Below, piece after piece: positions 33,010-43,011 of a stretch of DNA of 64,000 nucleotides. Location of the stretch: contig CP060758.1 of the NCBI GenBank assembly GCA_023205875.1, forward strand, positions 124,001 through 188,000, read 5' to 3'. The DNA comes from Chloropicon primus (Eukaryota). Numbering within the stretch: the stretch's first letter is position 1; each line of letters begins with the position of its first letter. The notes beneath the pieces were generated by a model. It did not search any database and was not told the origin of the DNA. It was given only the letters and a program-made list of their open reading frames with translations. The position numbers and the translations under genes are program-made.

Positions 33010-33249
33010 CGTGGAAATTTTGAAAGTGTCATCGGAGACCACGACCCTCACCCTCAGTTGTGAACGTCCGTCGTCGCACCAGGCCGGTCGCTTGCCCGAG
33101 CGACCGGCCTGCCCGAGCGACCAGCACTTCCCTTGGCGACGCCGTGTGCCCATCACCATGGTGTGCCCAGCCATGATGAAGCTGCGCTTGATTAGTCGAG
33201 ACTGAGAGGGGTTGCGTTCTCGTTTTTTGTTTCCTTGTGTTTCTTTTTT

Positions 33250-33772
33250 AAGTGAACGCGCCCCCATAGTCGAGGCCACAGCTCGAAGACTCAAAGAGCG
33301 TGCGAACTCGACAGTCCCTGGCATCGGCGGGGTGATTGGTTGTGGACGATGAAAGGAGCAGCCTTGCGTGCCTACATGTTTCAAGACTCTTGATTCTGAA
33401 ACAGCCAACCAACCAAGCCTCGCCACCGCCGGGGTGAGCTCCGACACGCCTGCATGAAAGTGTTTTACACTCGGGGCAGCTCCTTCCTCTTCGGAGTGAG
33501 AGTAGTCCGGATGGCCGCTCCACTCAAGGCGTTTCGATTCGCTGGTGCCGGGCCGCATAGAATACAATCGAAGGTACCTGATGGGAGTAACCCTCCGGGG
33601 TAACTTTTGCGTGATGGTATCGTGTAATCAAATGATGAGAAGCAAACGTAGACGCAGCGCAGGCCGAAGCTAGGGCGAAGCCCTGGTGGAGCCCTGGTGG
33701 AGCCCTGCGGGTGCGTCATGAGTGTGATCGCTCTCACCAGCGATCACACAAGGATTCATTTGCTAAATCTGA
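33250..33772. other. Structured non-coding block (multiple hairpins); ncRNA or transposon end
   Basis: Stems at 33326-42/33410-24, CTC-TTCG-GAG 33487-96, 33651-63/33704-17, GCTAGGGC-GAA-GCCCTGGT 33669-87, and a perfect 11-bp hairpin at 33722-33749. Confidence 0.55.
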
Positions 33773-33934
33773 TGTAATATGACACGATGATGATGTGGTG
33801 ATGGGGAGGAGGATGGAGAGAGAGTCTGATAACGGACGGACGTCTCGGTCTCGCTCATCACCTCATCACCATGGGGAGGAAGGTCTCGAGCGTTCAAGTC
33901 TGCGCCTTTGGTCATCGGGGATCAGGATCAAGAG

Positions 33935-33968
<34 letters not shown>

Positions 33969-34103
33969 CAGAGACAGACAGACAGAGAGAGTCTCCTCCA
34001 TGTGATGGTGATGGTGATGGTGATGGTGATGTGCTGTGCTTGTGCTGTGCTGGGATACAAACATGTACTGACTTTTGTAACCTTAATAAAGATGGTTGGG
34101 TGT

Positions 34104-36392
34104 TTACCTGTGCTCGTGCTTCAGGAATCGGAGGGCAAGGTAGAAGCACAGGCAGAAGACGGGCAAGTTAGCGGCAACGTAACCCAGGCTCTGCCACTTG
34201 CTCCTTCCGGCCAAGCCGAAGGTGTCGAGGACGCTCTCGCCCTTGACGGAGACGCACAGGTCCTCGCACTGGTTGTTCCCGCCAAGGATGGAGAGGCCAG
34301 CCGACTGCAGGCACATGCTGTCGTACGCGGCGACCTGGCTCACCGAGCAGGCCGTGAGCATGGACCTGTCGAACTCGTGGCCGCTGGAGCAGGTGGCCTC
34401 CATGAGGTCCTGGCCCGTGAGCATGCCATTCCCCAAGCCTTGGGAGAAGATGTTCATCATCACGGCCTGAGAGGAGACCCCGCTCTGGTTCATCTCGTAG
34501 CACTGGGGGAACACCTGCCCCTCGAACTGGTTGACCATCAGGGCGGAGAACCCCCACTGGACGTACGAGACGTTGTAGAGCCACTTCCACCACACCGGGA
34601 TCTTGTCCGCGAGCACCATGAACCCCCCGCAGAAGAAGTTCAAGGTCATCACCAGGGGGACGGCCGCCCCGGCGATCTCCACGTTCGGGGACGCGGAGGC
34701 CACCGCGAGCGTGAGCATCACCGCAGCGAAGTTCAGGGTCCACAGGGCCAGGTTGAAAAAGATGTACGCGTAAATGTGGTCCGACATGTTGCACGACCAG
34801 TACACGACCGGGGAGAACAAAAGGACCGCGAAGATTCCAGTGAACCCCTCGATGATGATCTTGTGGAGGACGTAGGAGATGACCCTGTAACAGGCGTCGT
34901 GCCTCTCTCTAAGGAAAACGGGCCTCTCCTCGATGAGGGTCGGCACGTACACAGAAGTCGTGAAGACGGCGGCCCCGACGGACACGAACAGGAGCGACGC
35001 CTGGGTCATCAGGCCGTGGGTGTCGTTCGTGCTGTTCGCCCAGAAGGTCGCCATGATGACGGCAAATATGAGGGCCAGGCCGATCCTCGTGCCGAGGAAC
35101 TGGGGGTCCTTCCAGGACGCGAACCCCCGGAACCCGACCATGATGCTCACCTCCGAGACGAACGAGTTGGAGTAGGCGCTCTCGGACAGGACGCTCGTGT
35201 CCGAGGTGTCCGACCTGAAGGATCGCATGGAGTCCAGGACCTCGGACCTGGCGGACTTGCCGTGGCTGGCCTCCGCCTCCAGCTGCATGCTTCGGACGCT
35301 GGACATGTCGACGTTGTTCAGGATGTTCTTGGCCCACAGCACGTTCCTTGCGTGGAGCTGGGAGCTCTTGTACGCCGTGATGATGGTGTGGGACTCCGAC
35401 GAGGACCCGGTGGTCACCCTGGGGGTGAAGGCCGCGAGGACCCCGCCCCCCACTGTCTCCAGCAGGTACTCGGCGACGTTGTCGTACCCCTTGTACTCGT
35501 GCCCCTGGGCCACAAAGTAGTCCTTGACCTGGGACCTCCCCTCCCCAAAGTAAGCGACGCTCCCGGCGCGCAGGATGATCGCCGCCCCGAACAGGTCGAA
35601 GATCGCCGCGCTGGGCTGGTGGATGGTGCAGAGCACCGTCCTCCCCTCGTCCGCGAGGGCCTTGACCGCCTCCATGACGTCCAGCGCGATGGCGGAGTCC
35701 AGCCCGGAGGTGGGCTCGTCCAAGAACAGGCACTGGGGGTCGTTGATCAGGCCGATCGCGATGGACACCCTCTTGAGCTCCCCCCCGCTGACCCCCCTGT
35801 TCAGGGGCCCACCGATCTTCGTGTTCATGGCCTTGAAGAGCCCCATCTTCTCGATCACCTCGAGGGCCCGGGACCGCTTGTCGACGTACGCCATGATCTT
35901 GGGCAGCTTGAGCATCGCGGTGAACACGATGCACTCGAAGACCGTGAAGGAGGACAGGAGGGCGTCCTGCTGCTGGACGTACGCCGTGTCCCTCTTCAGC
36001 CTCAGGCTCGTGCGCTCCTTGCCGTCGAACAGAACCTGGCCCGAGATGTTCCCGGTGGTCTTCCTCCCCGAGATGACGTCAAGCAAGCTCGTCTTGCCCG
36101 CGCCGGAGGGCCCCAGCAGGGCGTACATCGACCCCGGCCAGATCACCCCGGTGATCCCCTTGAGCACGTGGCGCTTCGCGCGCTTCTTCCTCCGGGGGCA
36201 GAGGGTGGGCCAACCCCCCTCCTCGATGTCGAGCGAGAGGTCGTGCAGGGAGATGGTGATGCCCGCCGACAAAGACGACGACGGCGCACCATGGGCAATG
36301 ACCCCGCCCCCCTTGCTCGCCACCTCCCCGACGTCGATGCTGAGTTCCCCCCCCTTCCCCTTCCCGTCGACGGCCCCCTCCCCACTCGACAT
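34104..36392 (-). CDS. ABCG (White-family) half transporter
   Basis: GPSGAGKT, VSGGE and LDEPTSGLD motifs; NBD followed by a TMD. Confidence 0.95.
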   Translation of the reverse strand: MSSGEGAVDGKGKGGELSIDVGEVASKGGGVIAHGAPSSSLSAGITISLHDLSLDIEEGGWPTLCPRRKKRAKRHVLKGITGVIWPGSMYALLGPSGAGKTSLLDVISGRKTTGNISGQVLFDGKERTSLRLKRDTAYVQQQDALLSSFTVFECIVFTAMLKLPKIMAYVDKRSRALEVIEKMGLFKAMNTKIGGPLNRGVSGGELKRVSIAIGLINDPQCLFLDEPTSGLDSAIALDVMEAVKALADEGRTVLCTIHQPSAAIFDLFGAAIILRAGSVAYFGEGRSQVKDYFVAQGHEYKGYDNVAEYLLETVGGGVLAAFTPRVTTGSSSESHTIITAYKSSQLHARNVLWAKNILNNVDMSSVRSMQLEAEASHGKSARSEVLDSMRSFRSDTSDTSVLSESAYSNSFVSEVSIMVGFRGFASWKDPQFLGTRIGLALIFAVIMATFWANSTNDTHGLMTQASLLFVSVGAAVFTTSVYVPTLIEERPVFLRERHDACYRVISYVLHKIIIEGFTGIFAVLLFSPVVYWSCNMSDHIYAYIFFNLALWTLNFAAVMLTLAVASASPNVEIAGAAVPLVMTLNFFCGGFMVLADKIPVWWKWLYNVSYVQWGFSALMVNQFEGQVFPQCYEMNQSGVSSQAVMMNIFSQGLGNGMLTGQDLMEATCSSGHEFDRSMLTACSVSQVAAYDSMCLQSAGLSILGGNNQCEDLCVSVKGESVLDTFGLAGRSKWQSLGYVAANLPVFCLCFYLALRFLKHEHR

Positions 36393-36991
36393 CAAGCTCC
36401 GAAACGTGCGCGCGTGCGTTACGAGGAAACACGACACGGATGGTGGGTGGTCTCGGCGCGCGCGCTTGCTTAAGTCGTGGAATGCCGGATCGAGCAGTCG
36501 AGGACGTCAACGCCGGATGCCGCGCGCGGTCTTCCGTCTCGCCTTTGACCAAGCGACGACCTCCAGCCACGCCTCAGATCCCTTGGATTCCCCGCGAACG
36601 TTTCCTACGAGGAAAGGATTTGGATGGGGGGCGAGCGAACATTCGGTGCAAACGGCGGCCTGAAGTGAATTCTGGAGTGCAAAAGAGAGAGAGAGAGACG
36701 TTCCAAGGGATGGAGGGATGGAGGGATGGATGGAGGGATGGAGGGATGGATGGAGTCGGAGTCCTCCAGTCAGTCGCCCGCTCGGGTCCCTCTCTCTCTC
36801 TTTTGGTGGATGGTTACTCTTTTTTTCTCTAGAGAAAGGGGTGGGAAAAAATAAATAAGTTTTCAGTTAAACTCAAAGAGAATTGTTTGGGCACGCACAA
36901 CGACCCTGCAAAGGCCTCGTGTGCCCGATTCATATAAATTACTTCCGCGCCACCTCTCTCTCTCCTTCGCCACCTCTTCTCTCCACCTCCC

Positions 36992-37975
36992 CTACTTGAA
37001 GAATCCTGGGAGGACGGCCTCGAGCCTGCGGTGCGTCTCTTCATCGACGTTGTGGATGTCGAACTCGGACTCGAGGCCCCTGCGCTTGAACATCTGCCCC
37101 AGGCGGGGCATCTGGAAGCGGGGGATGTTGGCCATCGCCCCCTGGACCCTGGACTGGACGTTGGAGGCCACTCCCTGGACCCTGGACTGGATGTTGGAGG
37201 CCACCCCCTGGAGGTTGGCCGCCCTCGCCGCCTGCCTCGCCCTCGCCTTGCCCGCCATGTTGCTCATGGCGGCGGAGATCGGGGCGAACCTGCCCGCAAC
37301 CCTGCCGTAGAGGGCGGCCCTGTAGCCGCTGTAGTCGTACGTCTCGCTCCCGCCGTTGTACAGGTCGGCGCTCTCTCCGTGCCCGATCTCCTTGGACTCG
37401 CTCCAGGAGCAGGACTTATCGACGACGGCTCCGCCGGGCTTGGAGGCCCCGACGCCTGGGCCGTTCTTCTGGATCGTGGCGGGGGTCTTCACGATCACGA
37501 TCTGGGGCCTCTGGCACACGAACGTCTTGTTGCCCGCGTCGCTGCACGAGCCCAAGCTGATCTGGACGCCGAGGGTGGGGCCCGTGTAGGAGGTCGTCGT
37601 GTACAGGATGTCCTCCACGTCGATCGAGGGCGGGCTAGGCCTACTGAAGGAAGGCTCCGAGCAGTACTGATCCGTGAAGGACTCGTAGACCTGGGTGTAG
37701 TTCACGGCGGCGAGACTGCCGGCGACTCCGCTGAGGAGAGACCCCACGGTGGAGGGGCGCTTCCTGAGCCTCAGCAGGTGCCTCTTGACCTCGTCCTCGG
37801 TCACGTCATGCTGCTCGTTGATCGCGCCGCCGAGGACGCCGAAGATCTCCGTCATGATCTCGTCGGACTTGGGCATGTCATTGAACGACATGTCGAGCTC
37901 GGCAGAGACCGACACGAGGCACAGCCCCGCGACGGCAATCGCCGCGACAGCAACCGCGCGCCTCATCGAATGCAT
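36992..37975 (-). CDS. Secreted protein of unknown function with Cys-containing core and 11-aa C-terminal repeats
   Basis: Signal peptide MRRAVAVAAIAVAGLCLVSVSA; QGVASNxQSRV repeats (33 nt, ~37135-37215); strong GC3 bias. Confidence 0.8.
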   Translation of the reverse strand: MHSMRRAVAVAAIAVAGLCLVSVSAELDMSFNDMPKSDEIMTEIFGVLGGAINEQHDVTEDEVKRHLLRLRKRPSTVGSLLSGVAGSLAAVNYTQVYESFTDQYCSEPSFSRPSPPSIDVEDILYTTTSYTGPTLGVQISLGSCSDAGNKTFVCQRPQIVIVKTPATIQKNGPGVGASKPGGAVVDKSCSWSESKEIGHGESADLYNGGSETYDYSGYRAALYGRVAGRFAPISAAMSNMAGKARARQAARAANLQGVASNIQSRVQGVASNVQSRVQGAMANIPRFQMPRLGQMFKRRGLESEFDIHNVDEETHRRLEAVLPGFFK

Positions 37976-38465
37976 CCTTCTTCTCACTCTCGCTTCTCTC
38001 GCTCTCTCTCTCGCGTGCGTGCGTGCGTGCGTCGCCCGTGTGCGGAGCCTATTGACGTCGCGGAGGAATCGCTCGGTGTCGTCGTCAAGGGACTCGGTCC
38101 CTCGTAATCCTCGCCATCCTCGCCGAGTCGTTCTCGAGCGTAACGGCTCCCGGCGTCGATGTCCTCGACGATTTTTGTTCTTCATGTGACGTTCTACAGA
38201 AATCTCTTTCCAAGTTCAGATTGCATTTTGGAGGGCGGGAATGTTTCCACAAGGTGAGGTCTCCGAGAGAACGTCTGCTTTAGCTTTTTCCTTCTGATCC
38301 CCACAGAATTTTTTGCCCCTGGATTACTTGACTCGGGACAGCGACGACAAGAAGCACGACGATCGAGTCGGACCCCCACGCGCGCGAGCGAAGCACCTTT
38401 CCTCCTCCTTCCTTCCTCCTTCCTCCTCCTCTCTCTCTCTATAGACAGATAGACACTTGACAAAG

Positions 38466-38720
38466 ATGAAGACGGCACGAATGTTTATCCTCGTCGCGTT
38501 GATGGTGGCCCTCTACGATCTTGCTGTCGCCGTGGCCGTCATGGAGGACTCCAGGCCGGAGGGAAACAGAAAACTCTTGGCCTTCGTGATCCCCTCCGTC
38601 CCAGTGAACCCTATGACGGGATTCATCAACGGCGCCGCGGGAACCGCGAACGGCTTCATCAACACCGCGAACGGCATCGTCGCGGGAGCGTTGGCCCCAG
38701 TCATTGGAGCATGCTTCTGA
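38466..38720 (+). CDS. Small secreted peptide precursor (84 aa)
   Basis: Signal peptide, short spacer, RKLL, then a Gly/Ala/Asn-rich hydrophobic peptide with a GFIN..TANG repeat. Confidence 0.6.
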   Translation: MKTARMFILVALMVALYDLAVAVAVMEDSRPEGNRKLLAFVIPSVPVNPMTGFINGAAGTANGFINTANGIVAGALAPVIGACF

Positions 38721-38874
38721 GCAAAAAGGAACTCTGTCTGTCTCCTTAAAACGCGTTGCTATTTATTTAATTGGATTGGATTCTCTTCCTTCGTTCGTAT
38801 CCAGTCTAGATGTACACAAGCTTTCGGCAGGCTTCAATTCTCTCTCTCTCTCTCTCTTCTCATCCTTTATCCAT

Positions 38875-40272
38875 TCACGCCGTCTTTGCGGTGGCGCCCA
38901 CGGTGCTCTGCACGAACTCGGTGAAGTCGGCCACGGTGCGTGCCTCGGAGTCGTACTTGACGACCTTCCCGTCGGCGGTCACGACGTTGACCGTCGGGAA
39001 GCTCTCCGTGTTGAGCTCGGCCTGGACGAACTCTCTCTGCTCGTCCCCGCGGAACTTGGCGACCGGGATGCCGAGCTCCTTGGCGAGCTTCTCGTACTCC
39101 TCCTCCATGGCCTGGCAGAACTGGCACCACGGGGCGTAGACCGCCAAGACCGCTGGCCCGGACTTGACGAAGGACTCGACGTCCGAGATCTGGGCCAAGG
39201 CCTGGACGGCGGAGGAGCCATCCTCCCACAGGTCCCTGTCAAAGGTCTTCTCGGCCCCCTCGACGTGGATGCCACACTCGGTCTTCGCGCTGCCGTCCTT
39301 CTTGGTGAGGCCCACGAACCTGCCCTTCCTCTCGCTCGCGTAGTCGAGCCACTGGGCCTTGTCCCCCTGGAACTCGAAGTTCTTGAAGGTGACCGAGCCG
39401 TCCTCCGGGATCGGGATGGTGTCCTTGGCGTCGCCGATGGACGGGTAGCCCTCGGCGTGGAGGGGGTGGTGGGGGATCCTGTACTTGGCGATGTAGTCGA
39501 AGCAGTCCTCGAGGGTCCAGTAGGCCAGGGGGTTGCACTTGGCCAAGCCGCCGCCGATCGGGGCGTTCTCAAAGAGGTCGATCCAGGCGCGCTCGAAACC
39601 CTGCCACCTGGTCCTGCCGTTGATCATGCAGTTGGTCTCCAAGGTCTTCAGGCCCCTCTGGAAGGGCTCCACCTTGCAGACCTTGTCGTACTGCTCGATG
39701 TCCTCCTTCCACAAGTCCGCGCCGTACTTGGCGTCGTAGGCGGCCTTGTCGCCCACCGGGACGCCCTCCGCGCAGAACACCTCGGCCTTGAAGTCGTAAA
39801 AGTCCTCCATCTCCTTCAAGAAGCCCATGGTCTCCGGGAAGAGGTGGAAGGTGTCGACGACCATGACCTTGCACTTCCCGTCCTTGAGGTACCCCAAGCG
39901 GCTCAAGAGGTGGGTGATCACGACGTCTCCGGCGATCATGGCGTTCGGGAACACGGCGTGGTCAAAGTTCTCGCAAGAGATCTTCAACGCGTACATGGCC
40001 TGCTCCTCCAGGTGCTTCAGGCGCATCTCCTTGGACTCGGCGATGAACTGCTCCTGGTCGTAAGATGCGGCGCGAGTCGCCACCACCCTCTCGGCGACCT
40101 CCACCCTTCCGCCGACCTTGGACCCAGCCACCTGCCGGGAGGCCGCCACTCTGCTGGCCACCCCGCCGACCGGCCTCCTGAGGAGAAGGGGGGCTCCCCC
40201 GTTCCCTCTTCCCGTCGCTCCACCCACGACACCTCCCCTCGTTCTCGTCGTCGTCCTCATTGTCGTCCTCAT
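38875..40272 (-). CDS. APR: Plastid adenylylsulfate (APS) reductase, APR-B-like, with C-terminal thioredoxin domain
   Basis: VDTFHLFPET, KVEPF, NPLAYWT, GYPSIGD and ECGIH motifs, then APWCQFC. Confidence 0.9.
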   Translation of the reverse strand: MRTTMRTTTRTRGGVVGGATGRGNGGAPLLLRRPVGGVASRVAASRQVAGSKVGGRVEVAERVVATRAASYDQEQFIAESKEMRLKHLEEQAMYALKISCENFDHAVFPNAMIAGDVVITHLLSRLGYLKDGKCKVMVVDTFHLFPETMGFLKEMEDFYDFKAEVFCAEGVPVGDKAAYDAKYGADLWKEDIEQYDKVCKVEPFQRGLKTLETNCMINGRTRWQGFERAWIDLFENAPIGGGLAKCNPLAYWTLEDCFDYIAKYRIPHHPLHAEGYPSIGDAKDTIPIPEDGSVTFKNFEFQGDKAQWLDYASERKGRFVGLTKKDGSAKTECGIHVEGAEKTFDRDLWEDGSSAVQALAQISDVESFVKSGPAVLAVYAPWCQFCQAMEEEYEKLAKELGIPVAKFRGDEQREFVQAELNTESFPTVNVVTADGKVVKYDSEARTVADFTEFVQSTVGATAKTA

Positions 40273-40940
40273 CCTCAAACACAAAGTCAATCCCCTTCAC
40301 TTGAATCGAATCGCAAACCCACTGGTTGGAAAAAAGCAACACGCACGCGACAAGAACAAACGCACAACACGACCAGGGACGAAACCGAAACGCGAAACGC
40401 GAAAACACAAAGTGAGTCCTCTGTCTTCGTCGCGCTCCTCGACGTCCGTTCCGTTCCAAACCTTTCGGGTCGGCCTTACCTTTGCTTTGGTCCGTCGCCG
40501 CTCGCCGCTCGCCGTCCCTTTTCTGGTTTCCAGCGGATCAGATTTGCGCTGCTTCGCTGTGTCTCGACCGTGGGATTGGGCGAAGGGGACAGAAGGAGGA
40601 AAGGGGATGAATCGCGGGGGTACGACGAGGAAAGAGGAACCCGGGAGGGATCCAATCGGTACCGTTGTCGTTTGGGCTTTCCAGGGACCCCTCACTTGAC
40701 GCCAGGGACGCCCGTGCGGCGCCATGACGGCCGCCTCTCCACTTGGATCGGTTTTTGAGTGTCAAGGCAGGGAGGTCAAGGTCAAGAGAGAGAGCGCGAG
40801 AGAGCAGAGAGAGAGGGAGAGCTGAGCTGAGCTCGGTGGAAGACGGACGGGGGAGGGAGGTGGCTGAGGCTTCGCGTCGTTTGGTTGCGATCGTCCTCCT
40901 CTTCTTCGTTCCGACTTAGCCAAGCCATCCAACACGCACG

Positions 40941-42155
40941 ATGAGTGGGGAGAAGGAGAAGAAGGCGTGTTGGACGAGGGAGGACGTCAAGTCCTTGCTG
41001 AAAACGATTGGGGAGCACGGGACGGATGATATTGAGGTGATCATGGCAAAGGGGGGAGAGTCTCTCCGCGGCAGGTCGACGACGGACGTGAGGGAGATGT
41101 GCGAAGCGCTGTTCCAGGGGGAGCTGCCCAAGCGGTTCAAGGAGGTGGTGGGGAGCCCGGAACGAGGGGAGGAGGATGAGGTTGAGGAGGGGACGAAGCT
41201 CGAGGGGAAGGAGCAGGCGTCTAGCAACACGTTCGAGAACAGGGCGGCGGGGAAGGCGGGGAGGTCGGCGGAGGCGGAGACGTGCTTCTCGTCCCCGTCG
41301 TCGAAGAGGACCTGCCGTCGCAGGCCGGACGTCATCGAGATATCGTCGGGGAGCGAGGACGAGGCGGGTTCAGTCAACGACGACAGGAACGACGAGTGCG
41401 AGGTCGTGTCCCTCTCCTCGGACGTCAGCGATGTCGTCGTGGCGGAGGAGGTCGGGGGGACGGCGGTGTTTGGGGAGGTGTCGAGCACGCGGAGCGAGTG
41501 CAGCAGCAGCTACTACAGCGAGAGCTCGGAGGAGGCCAGCGGGGGAGGCCAGCGCGCGGTGCCGCGGGGCCGGGGCGGCGGGGAGGGGCAGGAGGCAGAG
41601 GGGCCTGAGGCAGAGGGGCCTTCGGCGTCGCACGGCAAGGAGCACCAGAGCTTCATGTCTCCCCAGGAGAGGATCAAGGAGACGGACGACTACAAGAGGG
41701 CGGACGAGGAGGAGTGGAATCGCAGGAACGAGGTGATTCGCCAGCAGTCCCTCAGGGCCAAGCTCATCCGGGAGAAGAAGAGGGAGCAGAACCTGCGCGT
41801 CGAGAAGCAGAAGGAGAGCAACCTGCGGATCGAAAAGCGCCTGCTAGAGCTGAAGACCCAGCTGAGCGCGTCGAAGAAGCAGGTGGAGGAGGCCGACACG
41901 CTCAGACCGAAGATAAGGAGCCACCTGAACCGGGTCCTGATGGGCTCCAAGTACTTCCCGGTCGTCGCCCAGAGGCTCGGCCTGACGAAAACGTCGGGCC
42001 CCCACTCCGAGGCGGAGCTGACCAAGGTTTACAGGAAGGCGCTCCTCAAGTACCACCCGGACAGGGCGTCGCGGACCTCCACGTTGAAGGAGAAGGTGTA
42101 CAACGAAGAGGTCTTCAAAGTCCTTCAAACGGCTTTCAAAGCTTTCAAGCACTGA
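40941..42155 (+). CDS. Protein with C-terminal DnaJ (J) domain
   Basis: YRKALLKYHPDR motif preceded by a coiled coil. Confidence 0.8.
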   Translation: MSGEKEKKACWTREDVKSLLKTIGEHGTDDIEVIMAKGGESLRGRSTTDVREMCEALFQGELPKRFKEVVGSPERGEEDEVEEGTKLEGKEQASSNTFENRAAGKAGRSAEAETCFSSPSSKRTCRRRPDVIEISSGSEDEAGSVNDDRNDECEVVSLSSDVSDVVVAEEVGGTAVFGEVSSTRSECSSSYYSESSEEASGGGQRAVPRGRGGGEGQEAEGPEAEGPSASHGKEHQSFMSPQERIKETDDYKRADEEEWNRRNEVIRQQSLRAKLIREKKREQNLRVEKQKESNLRIEKRLLELKTQLSASKKQVEEADTLRPKIRSHLNRVLMGSKYFPVVAQRLGLTKTSGPHSEAELTKVYRKALLKYHPDRASRTSTLKEKVYNEEVFKVLQTAFKAFKH

Positions 42156-42264
42156 GACAAAGGCTCAATAATTCTTTGTAGTTGTTGTATACTATTCTAT
42201 TTTACTCTTGAATGTGTTTCGCCTCTTCTTCCCCACCCTGACTCTGACGCGCGTTCGGGCGCGC

Positions 42265-42448
42265 TCAGTCGAAGATGTCCTCGTCGTCGTCCTCGTCCTC
42301 CTTGAAGCCTCTCTGCGTGCGGAAGTTCTCTCCGAAGCTCAGCACGGCTTGCACCTGGACCGTGCGGGGTGGAGAAAGGTCGCAGGAAAGCGAACGCGGC
42401 GTCAGAACCAAGGAAGGGCGTTGCTGGAATACTGTCCAAAATCGGAAT

Positions 42449-42483
<35 letters not shown>

Positions 42484-43011
42484 AACACGTGGTGGACTTA
42501 CCGCCACGAACAGAAGGAAGATCTGAAAGATGCTGCCGAAGGGGTTGAAGAAGAAGACCGGTGGAGCGAAGAAGGACCCGAACCCTCTGCCGTAACCGTA
42601 ACCGTAGCCGCCGACCATCGGCGGAGGGGCCACGAAGGTGGTGGACCCGCCCGAGCGCATTCGTGGCGAGGCACGTGGCGAGGCGCGTGGCCTCGGAGCG
42701 GAACGGAAGGCCCTTCCGCCCACTCTCCCTCCAGATCTCGCCGCCCACGAGTCCTCCGGAAGCGCCGTCGAGGTCAGAAGCACCCCACACGCGGCCGCCA
42801 CGAGTGCCTTCTTCACACGCTCTGGCATCCCCGGTCCCGTGGACCAGGGGGTTCCGCTCGCTTGCGCTTCCGCAGTCCCGTCCGCGCGGTCCCCATGCCT
42901 CTCTCCATTCCTCCTCGAGCAAGCCACGACGAGTCCCCTCCTCCTGGGCTGCCCCTTCAACGCCGCGCTCCTCCTCACCGCGCTCCTCCTCGTCACCTTG
43001 GTGGTCGCCAT
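42265..43011 (-). CDS. Small plastid membrane protein with SGGRVGG motif (DUF1517 N-terminus-like); intron 42355-42501
   Basis: Transit plus thylakoid-type signal ending ..SWA, then ARSGGRVGGRAFR, a Gly/Tyr-rich stretch and a TM helix; GTAAGT..CAG intron. Confidence 0.7.

Larger units (their letters stand above)
29640..33770. mobile_element. Putative non-autonomous Fanzor-carrying transposon island (boundaries approximate)
   Basis: Fanzor gene, adjacent gene fragments and terminal hairpins sit between two housekeeping genes. No transposase ORF; no TIR or TSD identified. Confidence 0.55.

Noticed and set aside
32686..33567. 293-aa minus-strand ORF upstream of Fanzor as a possible transposase
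   Set aside because: It runs through microsatellite and low-complexity sequence and has no DDE, HUH or serine-recombinase motif.
33250..33772. Assignment as group I/II intron, hammerhead ribozyme, RNase P/MRP, SRP or telomerase RNA
   Set aside because: I could not find complete diagnostic cores for any of these by eye, so it is left unassigned.
34002..36473. Long antisense ORFs (823 aa here; also 20146-21813, 23562-25199, 38704-40758, 54276-56354, 60686-62857)
   Set aside because: These are shadow frames of high-GC3 genes on the opposite strand, with no recognisable motifs.
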